In this document: positions 49,235 through 59,493 of the stretch, in pieces
Layout: the number at the start of each line of letters is the position of its first letter
Position numbering within the stretch: the stretch's first letter is position 1
IMG/VR virus record: IMGVR_UViG_3300027733_000042
Coordinates: 26,787 to 90,786 of that record
Length of the DNA stretch: 64,000 bases
Reading direction: 5' to 3' (one strand)
Origin: a virus
Program-made: the position numbers and the translations under genes
Notes under the pieces: model-generated
The model's input: the letters and a program-made list of their open reading frames with translations, nothing else
Database searches by the model: none
What the model was told of the DNA's origin: nothing

Positions 49235-52200
49235 GTGTCATCTGTATTAGATCTATTAATTAATGAAGTTGCGAATATCCTTGGAATAACTCCAGCGGAA
49301 GTTCGAAGTAAATTTACTCCAGCTGAGCTTAGTGATCTGCTAAATAGTTCATTGTGTGAACCGCTAGGTGACACAAATATACTGTTTGATACTACTGAGA
49401 CTCCATGCGATGATTTAGCAGTTCCAAATCTGCTTCCACCAATCGACGCTGGCGGTATTGATATTCCAACTGGTGATAGCCAGCGTGGGGTACAGAAGTG
49501 TATTGATAATGTTGAAGAAACAAATAAGATAATTGAAAAACAAATTGATACTTATAATCAACATAAAATCCTTCGCGATAAATTACTCGAATATCGTGAT
49601 AATTATGCTCCAATCTCATATTATTTTGATGAACGATCGAAGGAAGTCGCTCGAATACTTGGAATTTTTGACCCAATCCTAATTGAACTGCGACGTCTTC
49701 AAGATCTTGATGCAAAATTAAATACTGATCTTTCACAAAATGAAGCGCAGATCGTTACTCTTGCAAAACAATATGCAACTAGCTTTTCACAATCGGACAA
49801 GGCAGCGTATGACCATGCAGTTGCTACACGCGATGTTATTACTGCACAAATCCAGACAAACCTTTCAAATATTGTTAAGCAGGAAGACACACTTAAAACA
49901 ACAAGTGATAGTTTTCCAATTTTTAATAATGAATACTATAAAGCTCTTTCTGGATATCTTACAAATGATAACTATGATAACACTGATTTTGTAACATATA
50001 TTGGTGGAGTGCTTGATAATTTTATTACATACTCCGATGTTGCAGGCATAAATGCACAATTTTATCGATATTCAAGTTGTATTCGAACCAACTTTATTAG
50101 CGGCCGACCACAAAGTATTAAACAGGCAATTGAACGTACTTATTTTACATTTGGTATAGAATTTACAAATTTACACTCAATTCGAACTCAAAAAGAGAAG
50201 TTTAATAAACAGACAGGTGACCCATATACTGAAACCCAAGATCAATTAATTCAAACAAGTCCATTACTTGAAAAACATTCATTTTTTCAAAATGCTCCAT
50301 ATTTTTCTTTAAGACAGTTTGAAATAATCGGCGATACTCTGCCAACTGGTCGGGTTTATACTGAATATTACAACCTATTTAAAGACCCAATTAATAATTT
50401 CTTTTCAATCGAGGAGCGTGGACTTACATCAAATGTTAATCTGGTTGATCCAAAATTAAAAGGTACTGGTTCTGAGACAAAGCGCGAAAATGGAGCAGAA
50501 TATTATATCCAAAATATTGAATCTGTTCAAGATTTTTATACAACATTTGATGCTAGATTTGAAAAACGTAAACTTGAGCGTCATGCCCAAGTAATTGAAC
50601 CAACACAAGATATTATACGTCTCGCGATGCAAACTATTGCACGAAAGGAAATACAACTTCTTCTTGCACTAGGCAGAGTCAACAAATATCTTCCAGGAGA
50701 AAGCACAGCTCTAACCAGTGTGCTTGATACGGTTAATCGACAAAATACCGAATTTTTACAAGGACTTGCTGATTTAGACTCTGAAATTTCTAGAATAACT
50801 CAAAAACTTGATGTCTTAAAACCGACTCCGCAGAAGATCAAAAATCTTCTAAAGGAAAAGAGTCCAGAATGTTTTGATAAAATTGATACGTCAATTGAAG
50901 ATGACCCAACTGCAGATTGCGGCGGTGCAAAATCAATGCTTGGAACAGATCCATTTTTTGTAAATAGTATTAATGGGTGTGACCCGACGCTGCCAAATCA
51001 AAATCAAATCTGTTATTGGGTAGAGTTTGCAAAAATCGCAACACTCGTTGGATTATTGCCTCTACCAAATATCCCAGAGTTCACAAAACTTAGATATTGG
51101 CCAGTCGGATTAACAATTCCTTATCCTGGCGGACTCGTTAAGATTCCGTTACCGATTATGTGGATTCCATTAGTCGCAATTTCAACTCCTCTTGGAAATG
51201 TCGTGCTCTTTTTAACAGTAAATGGAATTTTTATTTCACCAGTTGTATTTTTAGTATCAAGCAGTGGTTTTAAGCAGCATATACTAACAGTAAAAGGTCC
51301 ATCTAAGAAATTTGGATATACTGGAGAAGACGCATCAATTAAACCTGGAATTCAAGTACCTGCAAGTCTTCTTGCAATTAAAGCAAAAGCCACTCGTCTT
51401 GCACAGGAAGCTTCGCTTGGCGTAAATCACATGTTGTCAGCAAAGGAAAAACTACAATTGCAGCAACAAAAAAATATTCTCGGTGCAGCCGAGACTGCTG
51501 CTAATCGAAATGGTAATGCCATTCGAAAATTAAAAGTTGCTCGTGAAAAGAAAAATCTTGCACGCGCAACTGAACATTTAAGCGATGCTGAAAAATTAGC
51601 AAAAATAGTAGATAAAGCAGATTCAGTAAAAGATATAATCGATGATGCTAAACATGCAATATTAAATCGAATCGATGATCTTGGCAAGCCAGCACTTGGT
51701 AAATCAAATAGTATTAAAAATAAAATAACTGCTCGACACGATAAATTATTAGCAGATCTTAAAAAAACGTTAGTTGATGGCGATGATTCAAAAGCCGCTC
51801 GTATCAGAGTTGAATTAAGCACTGACGGAATTAGTCTAAGTGATAAACGAGATGCAATTAAAGCCGATCTAATGTCATACTTTGATCGTATTAAATTTCC
51901 AAAGATTACATTACCTAAAGATTCATCAACGATTGATCCAAAATTAAATGCAATTGTTGAATTTTTAAGTCATATTAACGAATTTTCAAGTATTTATAAA
52001 ACACAATTCTTTTCCAAGGATGATTCGAAGGTTCAAAAAATATTTGCCATTCAGTTAGCTAAGAGTAAGGATAAGATTAAGAAAGCAACAGCCAAAGCAC
52101 TCTCACAAGAAGGAACACTTGATCTTGATACTGAACCCGATAAAGCTAAAAACATTTTAAAAGATACAACAAAAGTATTAACTGACGCAGTTAGTGGAAA

Positions 52201-53728
52201 AGCAACATCAACTACCGCAGATAGCGCAAAAAAGAAAGTAGAGGCAGCTAAGGAAAAAGTAAAAACTGAAAAGGATCCAGCAAAGCGTGCAAAACTTCGT
52301 AAAGACCTAGAAAAAGCACAAGTCGGATTATCCGATGCTTTTGAAAATGAGCGCGTAAAACAGGCACTGGCCCTAACTCCAGCGGTTATTGCAACACTTA
52401 GTCAAATTAGTATAGATTTCAATCCGTTCTCTCCATGTTGTAAGAAAAAAGAATTTAAGTTGGAACTAGGGATTAGCCCAGCAGTGCCAATATTCAATTC
52501 TGCAAAGAGCCTAATGAATAGTTATATTGCTGGAATGTCTGTGCAAGATCTTAAAGTGTTATTTGGTGGAAAAACTAAAATTTCAGCTAGAGATATTCCA
52601 ACAGCTTACTTAAGTTTAATCAAAAAGAGTATTCCAGCAAATCTTGAGATACCGCTACCTGACATTAATCTTTTAACCCTAGCGAAATCTTTTTCTGGGA
52701 TATTATCTTCTTTATTTGAGTTAAAAGCACCCAACATGAGTGCCCAGCCAGCACTACCGCTGAACCTGACAGTTGACTTAAATCTATTAAAGAAACCACT
52801 GGCTAATTTATTATTGACTTATCTTGAGAACAGCTTACCTGATCCGTTTCATAGCGCTGCAACACCCGCAGTAACAGCCCTGCCGCTATTATCTGGAAAA
52901 GTTAAAGCAGGAACAAAGGCAATCATTAGTAATAAAGCAATTTTAGATAAGAACATATCAATTATAAACTGTGAACCAGATACTTCACAAAAGTCCGCAA
53001 TTTCCAGTGGAATATACTCACCAAAAACTTCGTCTACTGCAACAACGTCATCGGCATTTAGTTCAGGGAATGTTATTGTAAATACAAAGAAGGATATTTT
53101 GCCGAATTTTCAGACGCTTGATCTTGATTTCTTAAATATTAATCCTGGAGACTTATTAGCAGTTCTTAAGAATTTTGTCGATCTTAAATTCGAGGAAGTT
53201 GAAAAATTACTTGAACCATTTTATAATATCTTAAAGATAGCAAAGGGACTAAAAGGAACAAACTTAAATCTTCTTGAATCAATACAATTCAAGCTTCCAC
53301 CATATGGCCCAGCCGCAGAGGGCATCCATACTGCAATTACTACTCTTAAAAAACAGATACCTAAATCTGCAACATTAAAGATAATTGATACGGACGCTGT
53401 TTCCGCTGGTGCAAAATTATTAGAACACGCACTTGGCCCAATTGCAAATTCTCCAATGCCAGCATTGCTTGTTGCTGGAGCTGGTGCAGTTGATTCGATG
53501 TTGCCATCTCTTAAAATACCAAAGGTAGATACTGCGTCTGGTGCTATTTCTACTCAAGATGTTCGAGCAACAACTTTTGCTCTACGATCGTTGCACCCAC
53601 TACTTACACAAGACGATCTTCCTCCTTGGGAGCGATTAACTATTAAAAATATACTGTTCCTATTATTTGTTGATGAATTTATTTCAAATGCAGCAGATAA
53701 ATTAGGCTTTTTTAGAGCTTTTATCTAA
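49235..53728 (+). CDS. 1497-aa late protein of unknown function (coiled coils, Pro-rich hydrophobic segment)
   Basis: Long ORF with GTG start; ATAAATA at 49203-09 right after a terminator. Confidence 0.75.
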   Translation: MSSVLDLLINEVANILGITPAEVRSKFTPAELSDLLNSSLCEPLGDTNILFDTTETPCDDLAVPNLLPPIDAGGIDIPTGDSQRGVQKCIDNVEETNKIIEKQIDTYNQHKILRDKLLEYRDNYAPISYYFDERSKEVARILGIFDPILIELRRLQDLDAKLNTDLSQNEAQIVTLAKQYATSFSQSDKAAYDHAVATRDVITAQIQTNLSNIVKQEDTLKTTSDSFPIFNNEYYKALSGYLTNDNYDNTDFVTYIGGVLDNFITYSDVAGINAQFYRYSSCIRTNFISGRPQSIKQAIERTYFTFGIEFTNLHSIRTQKEKFNKQTGDPYTETQDQLIQTSPLLEKHSFFQNAPYFSLRQFEIIGDTLPTGRVYTEYYNLFKDPINNFFSIEERGLTSNVNLVDPKLKGTGSETKRENGAEYYIQNIESVQDFYTTFDARFEKRKLERHAQVIEPTQDIIRLAMQTIARKEIQLLLALGRVNKYLPGESTALTSVLDTVNRQNTEFLQGLADLDSEISRITQKLDVLKPTPQKIKNLLKEKSPECFDKIDTSIEDDPTADCGGAKSMLGTDPFFVNSINGCDPTLPNQNQICYWVEFAKIATLVGLLPLPNIPEFTKLRYWPVGLTIPYPGGLVKIPLPIMWIPLVAISTPLGNVVLFLTVNGIFISPVVFLVSSSGFKQHILTVKGPSKKFGYTGEDASIKPGIQVPASLLAIKAKATRLAQEASLGVNHMLSAKEKLQLQQQKNILGAAETAANRNGNAIRKLKVAREKKNLARATEHLSDAEKLAKIVDKADSVKDIIDDAKHAILNRIDDLGKPALGKSNSIKNKITARHDKLLADLKKTLVDGDDSKAARIRVELSTDGISLSDKRDAIKADLMSYFDRIKFPKITLPKDSSTIDPKLNAIVEFLSHINEFSSIYKTQFFSKDDSKVQKIFAIQLAKSKDKIKKATAKALSQEGTLDLDTEPDKAKNILKDTTKVLTDAVSGKATSTTADSAKKKVEAAKEKVKTEKDPAKRAKLRKDLEKAQVGLSDAFENERVKQALALTPAVIATLSQISIDFNPFSPCCKKKEFKLELGISPAVPIFNSAKSLMNSYIAGMSVQDLKVLFGGKTKISARDIPTAYLSLIKKSIPANLEIPLPDINLLTLAKSFSGILSSLFELKAPNMSAQPALPLNLTVDLNLLKKPLANLLLTYLENSLPDPFHSAATPAVTALPLLSGKVKAGTKAIISNKAILDKNISIINCEPDTSQKSAISSGIYSPKTSSTATTSSAFSSGNVIVNTKKDILPNFQTLDLDFLNINPGDLLAVLKNFVDLKFEEVEKLLEPFYNILKIAKGLKGTNLNLLESIQFKLPPYGPAAEGIHTAITTLKKQIPKSATLKIIDTDAVSAGAKLLEHALGPIANSPMPALLVAGAGAVDSMLPSLKIPKVDTASGAISTQDVRATTFALRSLHPLLTQDDLPPWERLTIKNILFLLFVDEFISNAADKLGFFRAFI

Positions 53729-53774
53729 ACCATTATCTGCTTTAGGTGTATAATTTAATACTAACAATCAAAAT

Positions 53775-54950
53775 ATGACCGAACAATTAATAGATGAAAG
53801 TATCTTTCAAAACACCGGTAAGTATAATACTTCCGTAAAATTAACCGACGAAGATAAACGCAATCGCGTTAAAGTTTTCTGTAAAGAATCATATGCTCAA
53901 GAGCTATATGACGCCATGATCGCATATGATAAGTCTAGCGGTCGCACCCTTATGGGCAAAGATTTAGTAGATGGCCAAGTCTATAAAGTAACTGCAAAAA
54001 CGATTTCGCACAACGACCGTACTATTCTTGCAGAAGAAGTAAATACTAAATGTACTGTTACTATTCCATTCAGAGAATACTCAAAACCATTGGAAACATT
54101 GATGAGTGGCGAAACCTCACGTACTTTTTTAGTTATTGTATACAAATCATCTGGATATGGAGAATTTTTTGCTTCTGAAAAGAAAGCACTTTCTATCTCG
54201 TATAAACAAGAGTTGTTCGCTCATCTTCAAGAAAATACTTGGTTTGATGTTAAAATCACCAAATTAATTAAAGGTGGATATCTTGCAATCTACAAAAAGG
54301 AGATTGAATGCTTCATTCCTGGATCTCATGCTGCTGCAAATGTTGTTCATAACTTTAGCGAATTGCTTGGCAAGACGCTTACTGTGATGGTCGATAACTA
54401 CGATGCTGCAAATAACTTATTCATTCTTTCATATAAGAAATACGTTACGCACTCTATGCCGACTATGATTAGTGAACTACAATTTGATAAAGAGTATGTA
54501 GGAACTTTGACAAATCGTCCATATGACTTTGGAGTATTCGTAGAATTTGAAGGATATTATACTGGACTTGTCCATAAATCTGAATTCGAAAATTATGATG
54601 AGATCTGCAAAACAATGAAGTCTGGCGATAAACTTAATGTGTATGTGAAAGACGTAACCTCTAAGGGAAATCAATATCGTGTTGTTCTTACTTTGAGTAA
54701 AGATCAAGTAAGTAATGAGAAGATGCAATGGCAATCTCTTCGTAATCGAACTGAAAATCACTGCTTTAATTACAGTGTAAGCGATAATAAGAGCTCAATT
54801 TCAATTGATATTGATGGCGAAAATTTCGAAGTTTCATTAAGACGTAAAGATCTTGAAAAAAATCTAACCAAATATCCACTGGTTAAGGTATTCAAAGTTG
54901 ACCCAATCAATAAGAGACTTAAATTTGAATTCGTTGAATCCGTTTCATAG
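53775..54950 (+). CDS. rpsA: ribosomal protein S1-like (tandem S1 domains)
   Basis: S1 repeats VKITKLIKGGY...CFIPGSH and GTLTNRPYDFGVFVEFEGYYTGLVHKSE. Confidence 0.85.
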   Translation: MTEQLIDESIFQNTGKYNTSVKLTDEDKRNRVKVFCKESYAQELYDAMIAYDKSSGRTLMGKDLVDGQVYKVTAKTISHNDRTILAEEVNTKCTVTIPFREYSKPLETLMSGETSRTFLVIVYKSSGYGEFFASEKKALSISYKQELFAHLQENTWFDVKITKLIKGGYLAIYKKEIECFIPGSHAAANVVHNFSELLGKTLTVMVDNYDAANNLFILSYKKYVTHSMPTMISELQFDKEYVGTLTNRPYDFGVFVEFEGYYTGLVHKSEFENYDEICKTMKSGDKLNVYVKDVTSKGNQYRVVLTLSKDQVSNEKMQWQSLRNRTENHCFNYSVSDNKSSISIDIDGENFEVSLRRKDLEKNLTKYPLVKVFKVDPINKRLKFEFVESVS

Positions 54951-54974
54951 TACAAAATATAGTAGTAATCTAAT

Positions 54975-55005
54975 AAAGCAGCAATATTCAAATTGCTGCT
55001 TTTTT
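54975..55005 (+). terminator. Rho-independent terminator
   Basis: AAAGCAGCAAT-ATTCAA-ATTGCTGCTTTTTT. Confidence 0.85.
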
Positions 55006-55043
55006 ATTTAGATAAATAATATAGACGTAAATATTAACTAACT

Positions 55044-55532
55044 ATGAAAAAACACATCAAAGGCTTTTATAGCTTTCTTTTTGAACAAGATATGGCAGCT
55101 ATGCCTGGAATGCCAACTCCTGCAGCGCCAAAGAAAGCTCAGCCAGTTCACTTTATCTTTATCGACGATGCAGATGGTGATAATATTCGTAAGCGAAAAT
55201 ACCCAGATGGTAGCATGTCAGTCGATTTTCCATCATATTCTGTTACTCCTGAAGAAATTAAAGAGTGGGCAGATAAAAATATACAGTCTACTGGTAAAAA
55301 TAAGATTTCGGACACAGTTATTGAATTGCGCCGTAAAAATATAGTAAATATTGTAACAGGAGACAAAGTAAATATTGGAGATGATGATTTTCCATTTATT
55401 GAAAAGTTAAAAAATGCAGTTTCATCAGATATCTTTGGAACACGCGAACCTGATATACAAATTATATTCACAAAGGACGGCACTCCAACCACCGAAGACA
55501 TGAAAGTTACATTTATAAAACACAAGAAATAA
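55044..55532 (+). CDS. hypothetical late protein with capsid-targeting-like N-terminus
   Basis: MKKHIKGFYSFLFE-Q; ATAAATA at 55012-18. Confidence 0.7.
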   Translation: MKKHIKGFYSFLFEQDMAAMPGMPTPAAPKKAQPVHFIFIDDADGDNIRKRKYPDGSMSVDFPSYSVTPEEIKEWADKNIQSTGKNKISDTVIELRRKNIVNIVTGDKVNIGDDDFPFIEKLKNAVSSDIFGTREPDIQIIFTKDGTPTTEDMKVTFIKHKK

Positions 55533-56281
55533 TGCTCAAATCATTCGCATCTTTTATAAATGAGTCAGATGACTTCCAACAAGATTTTATTAAAGATCTT
55601 GCTCTAAAGTTAATTGCGAAAATACGTACTGCTCATGGCCAAGAGTCTGAGCAGTATGAAACATTTGCTGGTATGGAATTTAGAGAGCCATTCTCATTTG
55701 ATTTAAAACTCGAATTACGCAGAGATTCTGCATTAACTGTCAAATCTGATGAACACTTTAAGAATTTACCATGGGAGCAACTTAATTATGCTAAACATGG
55801 ATATTGCATTGACGCAAATACTAAAGTCAATAATGGTGATTTAATAATTCCTGAGATAATTGTGACTCTTGTTATGAATCCGAAGGCTGAACCTGGACTG
55901 TATACCATGTTACATGCTAGATTAATTGATATTCTTACCCATGAACTTAATCATGTTGATCAGATTGGACTACAGAAGGACCCATTTACTGAAAACCCAT
56001 CAGATGCTGAGACTCGTGGTGACGCAAAGAAGAGTTATAAGTATTTTTTACTTAAGGACGAAGTTGAATCAATGGTTGAAGGCATGTATGCACGATCGCA
56101 ATACCTTGACACCCCATTAGATTACGTATTTGCTGATTATTTGCAGCCATTTGTACAATCTAAGTATATGACAGCCGATGAATATCAAATCGTACTTGAA
56201 ACATGGGTAAAATATGCCCTAGAGCGTTATCCTGATGCATCTTTTTCTAATAAAGTTGAGAAAATAGTGAATTCGCTATAA
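55532..56281 (+). CDS. putative zinc metallopeptidase with capsid-targeting-like N-terminus
   Basis: MLKSFASFINE-S; HELNH at 55940-55954; downstream YFLLKDE. Confidence 0.7.
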   Translation: MLKSFASFINESDDFQQDFIKDLALKLIAKIRTAHGQESEQYETFAGMEFREPFSFDLKLELRRDSALTVKSDEHFKNLPWEQLNYAKHGYCIDANTKVNNGDLIIPEIIVTLVMNPKAEPGLYTMLHARLIDILTHELNHVDQIGLQKDPFTENPSDAETRGDAKKSYKYFLLKDEVESMVEGMYARSQYLDTPLDYVFADYLQPFVQSKYMTADEYQIVLETWVKYALERYPDASFSNKVEKIVNSL

Positions 56282-56325
56282 AACTAAACAAGTCAAACTA
56301 GTATAAGATAGTAAAAATTATCAAT

Positions 56326-56595
56326 ATGAATCAGTTTGAAAAATTAAAGGAAGAAGTAGCGGCTGCACAATCTGCAATCTTTGATCCAATCAACACCATT
56401 CTTGCCTCCGCTGAAGAAGATGCTCAGAAATATTATGTAAAGGGTGTACGCAGCGCTGGAAACCGCTTGAAAAAGAAAATGCAAGACATTCGAAAATCAA
56501 TTAAACACCCTGCAGTTAAAGCACAAATGACAACTGTCCAAGTGTCTGCAAAAGCACTTCGTGAAAGCTTAATCGAGGAATCAAAAACAAAATAA
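56326..56595 (+). CDS. histone H1-like (Hc1-type) DNA-binding protein
   Basis: EEDAQKYYVKGVRSAGNRLKKKMQDIRK resembles the Hc1 'DA....KG.K.AG.R.RK' motif. Confidence 0.7.
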   Translation: MNQFEKLKEEVAAAQSAIFDPINTILASAEEDAQKYYVKGVRSAGNRLKKKMQDIRKSIKHPAVKAQMTTVQVSAKALRESLIEESKTK

Positions 56596-56613
56596 GAACC
56601 TATCTTACTTTTT

Positions 56614-56641
56614 AAAAATGCCTCTTTGAGGCATTTTTTTT
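56614..56641 (+). terminator. Rho-independent terminator
   Basis: AAAAATGCCTC-TTT-GAGGCATTTTTTTT. Confidence 0.85.
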
Positions 56642-56651
56642 GTCTAAACTA

Positions 56652-56678
56652 AAACTTTTACCGACTTGTTAGTACAAT
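56652..56678 (+). promoter_or_regulatory. promoter AAAC-N17-TACAAT upstream of SSB
   Basis: Same architecture as the tmRNA promoter; follows a terminator. Confidence 0.55.
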
Positions 56679-56704
56679 AGTTACAAATAAAACATATACA
56701 CATT

Positions 56705-57739
56705 ATGACAGATTTTTTCGATCTACCAGAGGATGCATTCTCAAAAGGGAAGAATGCACAAAAAACAAAAAAGACTGATCCGAACGTTTACGATCCGGAT
56801 CCAAATGCACACAACGGTTCCTACAAATCAGTATTTAGGTATGTTCCTTATATTTTCGACAAAACGAAAAGTAAGTATACCAAGTATTCTGCTAAGTTTT
56901 GGAATCCATTGACTAAAGAGTCATTAATAATTGATTGTCCATCAAATACTGGACAGCCATCTATTCTTTGGACAATTGAATCAGTTCTACGTTCTCTTAA
57001 AAAAGAAGAACCAGAAGTAGTTGAAGAAATTGGAAGAAATTTTTCAAGATGGTACACACATCACTCAGCGGTATATGTCAAAAAAGACCCACAGCGCGCT
57101 GACCTTGAAGGAACAATTAAAATCTTTAAATTCAGAAATCAAATCGATCAAGTGATCGAAGCGCAAATGCATCCTGAAGAATTAGAAGGACTTGAAGGAA
57201 TTAAGAAAATTAATCCTTACCATTTACTTGAAGGAAAAGACTTCTTATGTATTGTTGGTAAAAAGACCAAAGATTTCAGAGACTGGTCAAAATGTAAATT
57301 CATGGATGAAGTAACTCCATTTATCTTTAAAATTGGTGATAAACTAGTTCAAGTTAAGAACGAGGAAAAATCAATCAAATTGGTTAATGAGTTCTTACTG
57401 AAGAATACTCCAAAAATGGATGAGTATTACCACCAAGAATGGACTGAAGAAACTTTTGAAAAAGTAGCAGAAGCGATTATTGCAGCTATTCCACAAAGAC
57501 CTATTTTGGACATGATTCTTGAAAAGAGCAAAGACCAAAAGATGAATGCCTTAGTTCGTGGAAAAATGAGACCAAATAAGTCAAATAACCCAACTTCTGC
57601 AGTTAAAGAAGACTTAGACTTTGGAACTAGCGTATCTACTCCGACGCCTGCTGCTGAAAAATCGCAAAGTGCTTCATCTGCACCGGCTGCAACCACTGCA
57701 ACCGATGATGAATACGATGCTTTATTTAAAGACCTATAA
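56705..57739 (+). CDS. single-stranded DNA-binding protein (T4 gp32-like)
   Basis: YKSVFRYVP, VYVKKDPQ...EGTIKIFKF, NPYHLLEGKDF, and acidic tail DDEYDALFKDL. Confidence 0.85.
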   Translation: MTDFFDLPEDAFSKGKNAQKTKKTDPNVYDPDPNAHNGSYKSVFRYVPYIFDKTKSKYTKYSAKFWNPLTKESLIIDCPSNTGQPSILWTIESVLRSLKKEEPEVVEEIGRNFSRWYTHHSAVYVKKDPQRADLEGTIKIFKFRNQIDQVIEAQMHPEELEGLEGIKKINPYHLLEGKDFLCIVGKKTKDFRDWSKCKFMDEVTPFIFKIGDKLVQVKNEEKSIKLVNEFLLKNTPKMDEYYHQEWTEETFEKVAEAIIAAIPQRPILDMILEKSKDQKMNALVRGKMRPNKSNNPTSAVKEDLDFGTSVSTPTPAAEKSQSASSAPAATTATDDEYDALFKDL

Positions 57740-57753
57740 AAAAATCAGAATAA

Positions 57754-58053
57754 ATGTCAAACGAACCCGAATCAACACCTGAGGTTGAACAAAATCAACT
57801 AAATGATGAGCAATTGAAAACCAATCTATTATTTGGTACTATAGCTTATAAGGATGAGGAATCGTATGAAAATTTCATTCACAATATGAATCTTAGTCAG
57901 GCGCTATTTGTTTTAATAGCGTCTGCTAATTTTGCTCAAGCAAAAGGTGCATTCAATATTTTAGAATCTGAAGTTGTGGCAAATGCCGTTCGTACGATCC
58001 GTAAAAATTCTAAACCAGTTCAAGAGAGTAATGACCCAGTAAAACAAGAATAA
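57754..58053 (+). CDS. hypothetical protein
   Basis: ORF between SSB and RNase H. Confidence 0.7.
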   Translation: MSNEPESTPEVEQNQLNDEQLKTNLLFGTIAYKDEESYENFIHNMNLSQALFVLIASANFAQAKGAFNILESEVVANAVRTIRKNSKPVQESNDPVKQE

Positions 58054-58056
58054 CAC

Positions 58057-59196
58057 ATGGATTTAATAGTTGATGGAAATGCCTTCATAAATGTTGCAAT
58101 TAGCGTAACTAAATCGCTTGCAATGAAGGACAAGCGTACCGCTGATGCATATTATGTCAACGATTTATTTAATGATGGCGGATTTATGCTTAAGGAGCAT
58201 ATCCGAGTTTCATTTAGAAACTTTAGTTTTACCTACTTAAATTCACTAATTGCACCTATTGGGACATCTCTCGGTAGCGTGCATTTTGTTTTTGATTCAA
58301 AAAGCTGGAGAAAGGAATATATTAATTCCTTTTTTGAAAAGTCAACATTTACGACGACTTCTGCGCCAGTAGAATTTAAGTACAAAGGAAACCGAAAATA
58401 TGATGACCATCACTATCTCTTTTTTGATTATTTTCAACAAGTAATCATTCCTGCGCTAAATGAAAAATGTGGAGTAAATCATTACAGATTTAAAGGGACT
58501 GAAGGAGATGACATAATCGCATATCTATGTGAAACTCTGTCGCAAGACATTCTCGTTTATTCAGTAGATCAGGACTTAAAACAATTAGTTGGAATACCAA
58601 ATAAGAACGTTCTACTTATCGTTCCAAAACAAATGAGTAAAACAAAAAAGATATTTGTTCCACCGACTCTTATTCCAGAAATGGCAGATGACGAAGTTGA
58701 CGATTTCTTTTCATTGAACGATGCGCATATTGCCGGAACGTCAACTGATAAAATCATCAAATCTTTCATAAATAAAGACTATGCTGAACAAACCGTTGAT
58801 CTTTCACATGAAGTTCTTACTAAGATTCTATTAGGCGACAAGTCAGATCATATTCCGAAAATCACGAATATATCTCCGGCAAAAGCCGCCAAAATCATTG
58901 AATCGCTTCAGTCAAAGTTTGGAGAATCATTAATTTCACTATTGGATGACTTAAATGAAGAATTTATTTTAACAGTATTAGAAGAAGTTAGTATAGTAAA
59001 CAAACTAAAGGATTTGGATAAAATTAAGGAACTTAGAGACCACTTACTCTTTAATATTAAGATAATACGTCTAACTACTAAAGTTTTCCCAGATGAAATC
59101 CAAGACGTCCTAGTATCGTTCTTTAACGAATATCAACCGCTTAAATTCCATGCAAAGGAATTTGTAGCTCTTAAAAATAATTTATCTACATTATGA
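58057..59196 (+). CDS. 5'-3' exonuclease / RNase H (T4 rnh, FEN family)
   Basis: LIVDGN, FVFD, YKGNRK, EGDDII, SVDQDLKQL and GDKSDHIP motifs. Confidence 0.9.
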   Translation: MDLIVDGNAFINVAISVTKSLAMKDKRTADAYYVNDLFNDGGFMLKEHIRVSFRNFSFTYLNSLIAPIGTSLGSVHFVFDSKSWRKEYINSFFEKSTFTTTSAPVEFKYKGNRKYDDHHYLFFDYFQQVIIPALNEKCGVNHYRFKGTEGDDIIAYLCETLSQDILVYSVDQDLKQLVGIPNKNVLLIVPKQMSKTKKIFVPPTLIPEMADDEVDDFFSLNDAHIAGTSTDKIIKSFINKDYAEQTVDLSHEVLTKILLGDKSDHIPKITNISPAKAAKIIESLQSKFGESLISLLDDLNEEFILTVLEEVSIVNKLKDLDKIKELRDHLLFNIKIIRLTTKVFPDEIQDVLVSFFNEYQPLKFHAKEFVALKNNLSTL

Positions 59197-59492
59197 AACC
59201 AGTATACGAAAGAATCCTAGTTAAACCAAAAGGAAAAGAAACCAAAACACAAAGCGGCATTATGCTGCCTGCGAAAGCTGTAAAACGACCAAATGTTGGG
59301 ACTGTTATTGCATGCGGAGATGGTTCAGTCAATAACCCAATGTTAGTAAAACCTGGAGATCTTATCCTGCATAATCGTTATGCCGGGCTTGAACTCAATT
59401 ATAAAGGTGAACCACATTACATAATCATGTCGAACGAAGTTATCGCAATTTTAGATGATGAATCTGAAATACGCCTCGATGAATTTGAATAA
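59193..59492 (+). CDS. groES: co-chaperonin GroES
   Basis: KPVYERILVK, mobile loop ETKTQSGIMLP, GTVIACGDG, VKPGD..L...YAG. Confidence 0.93.
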   Translation: MKPVYERILVKPKGKETKTQSGIMLPAKAVKRPNVGTVIACGDGSVNNPMLVKPGDLILHNRYAGLELNYKGEPHYIIMSNEVIAILDDESEIRLDEFE

Positions 59493-59493
59493 T

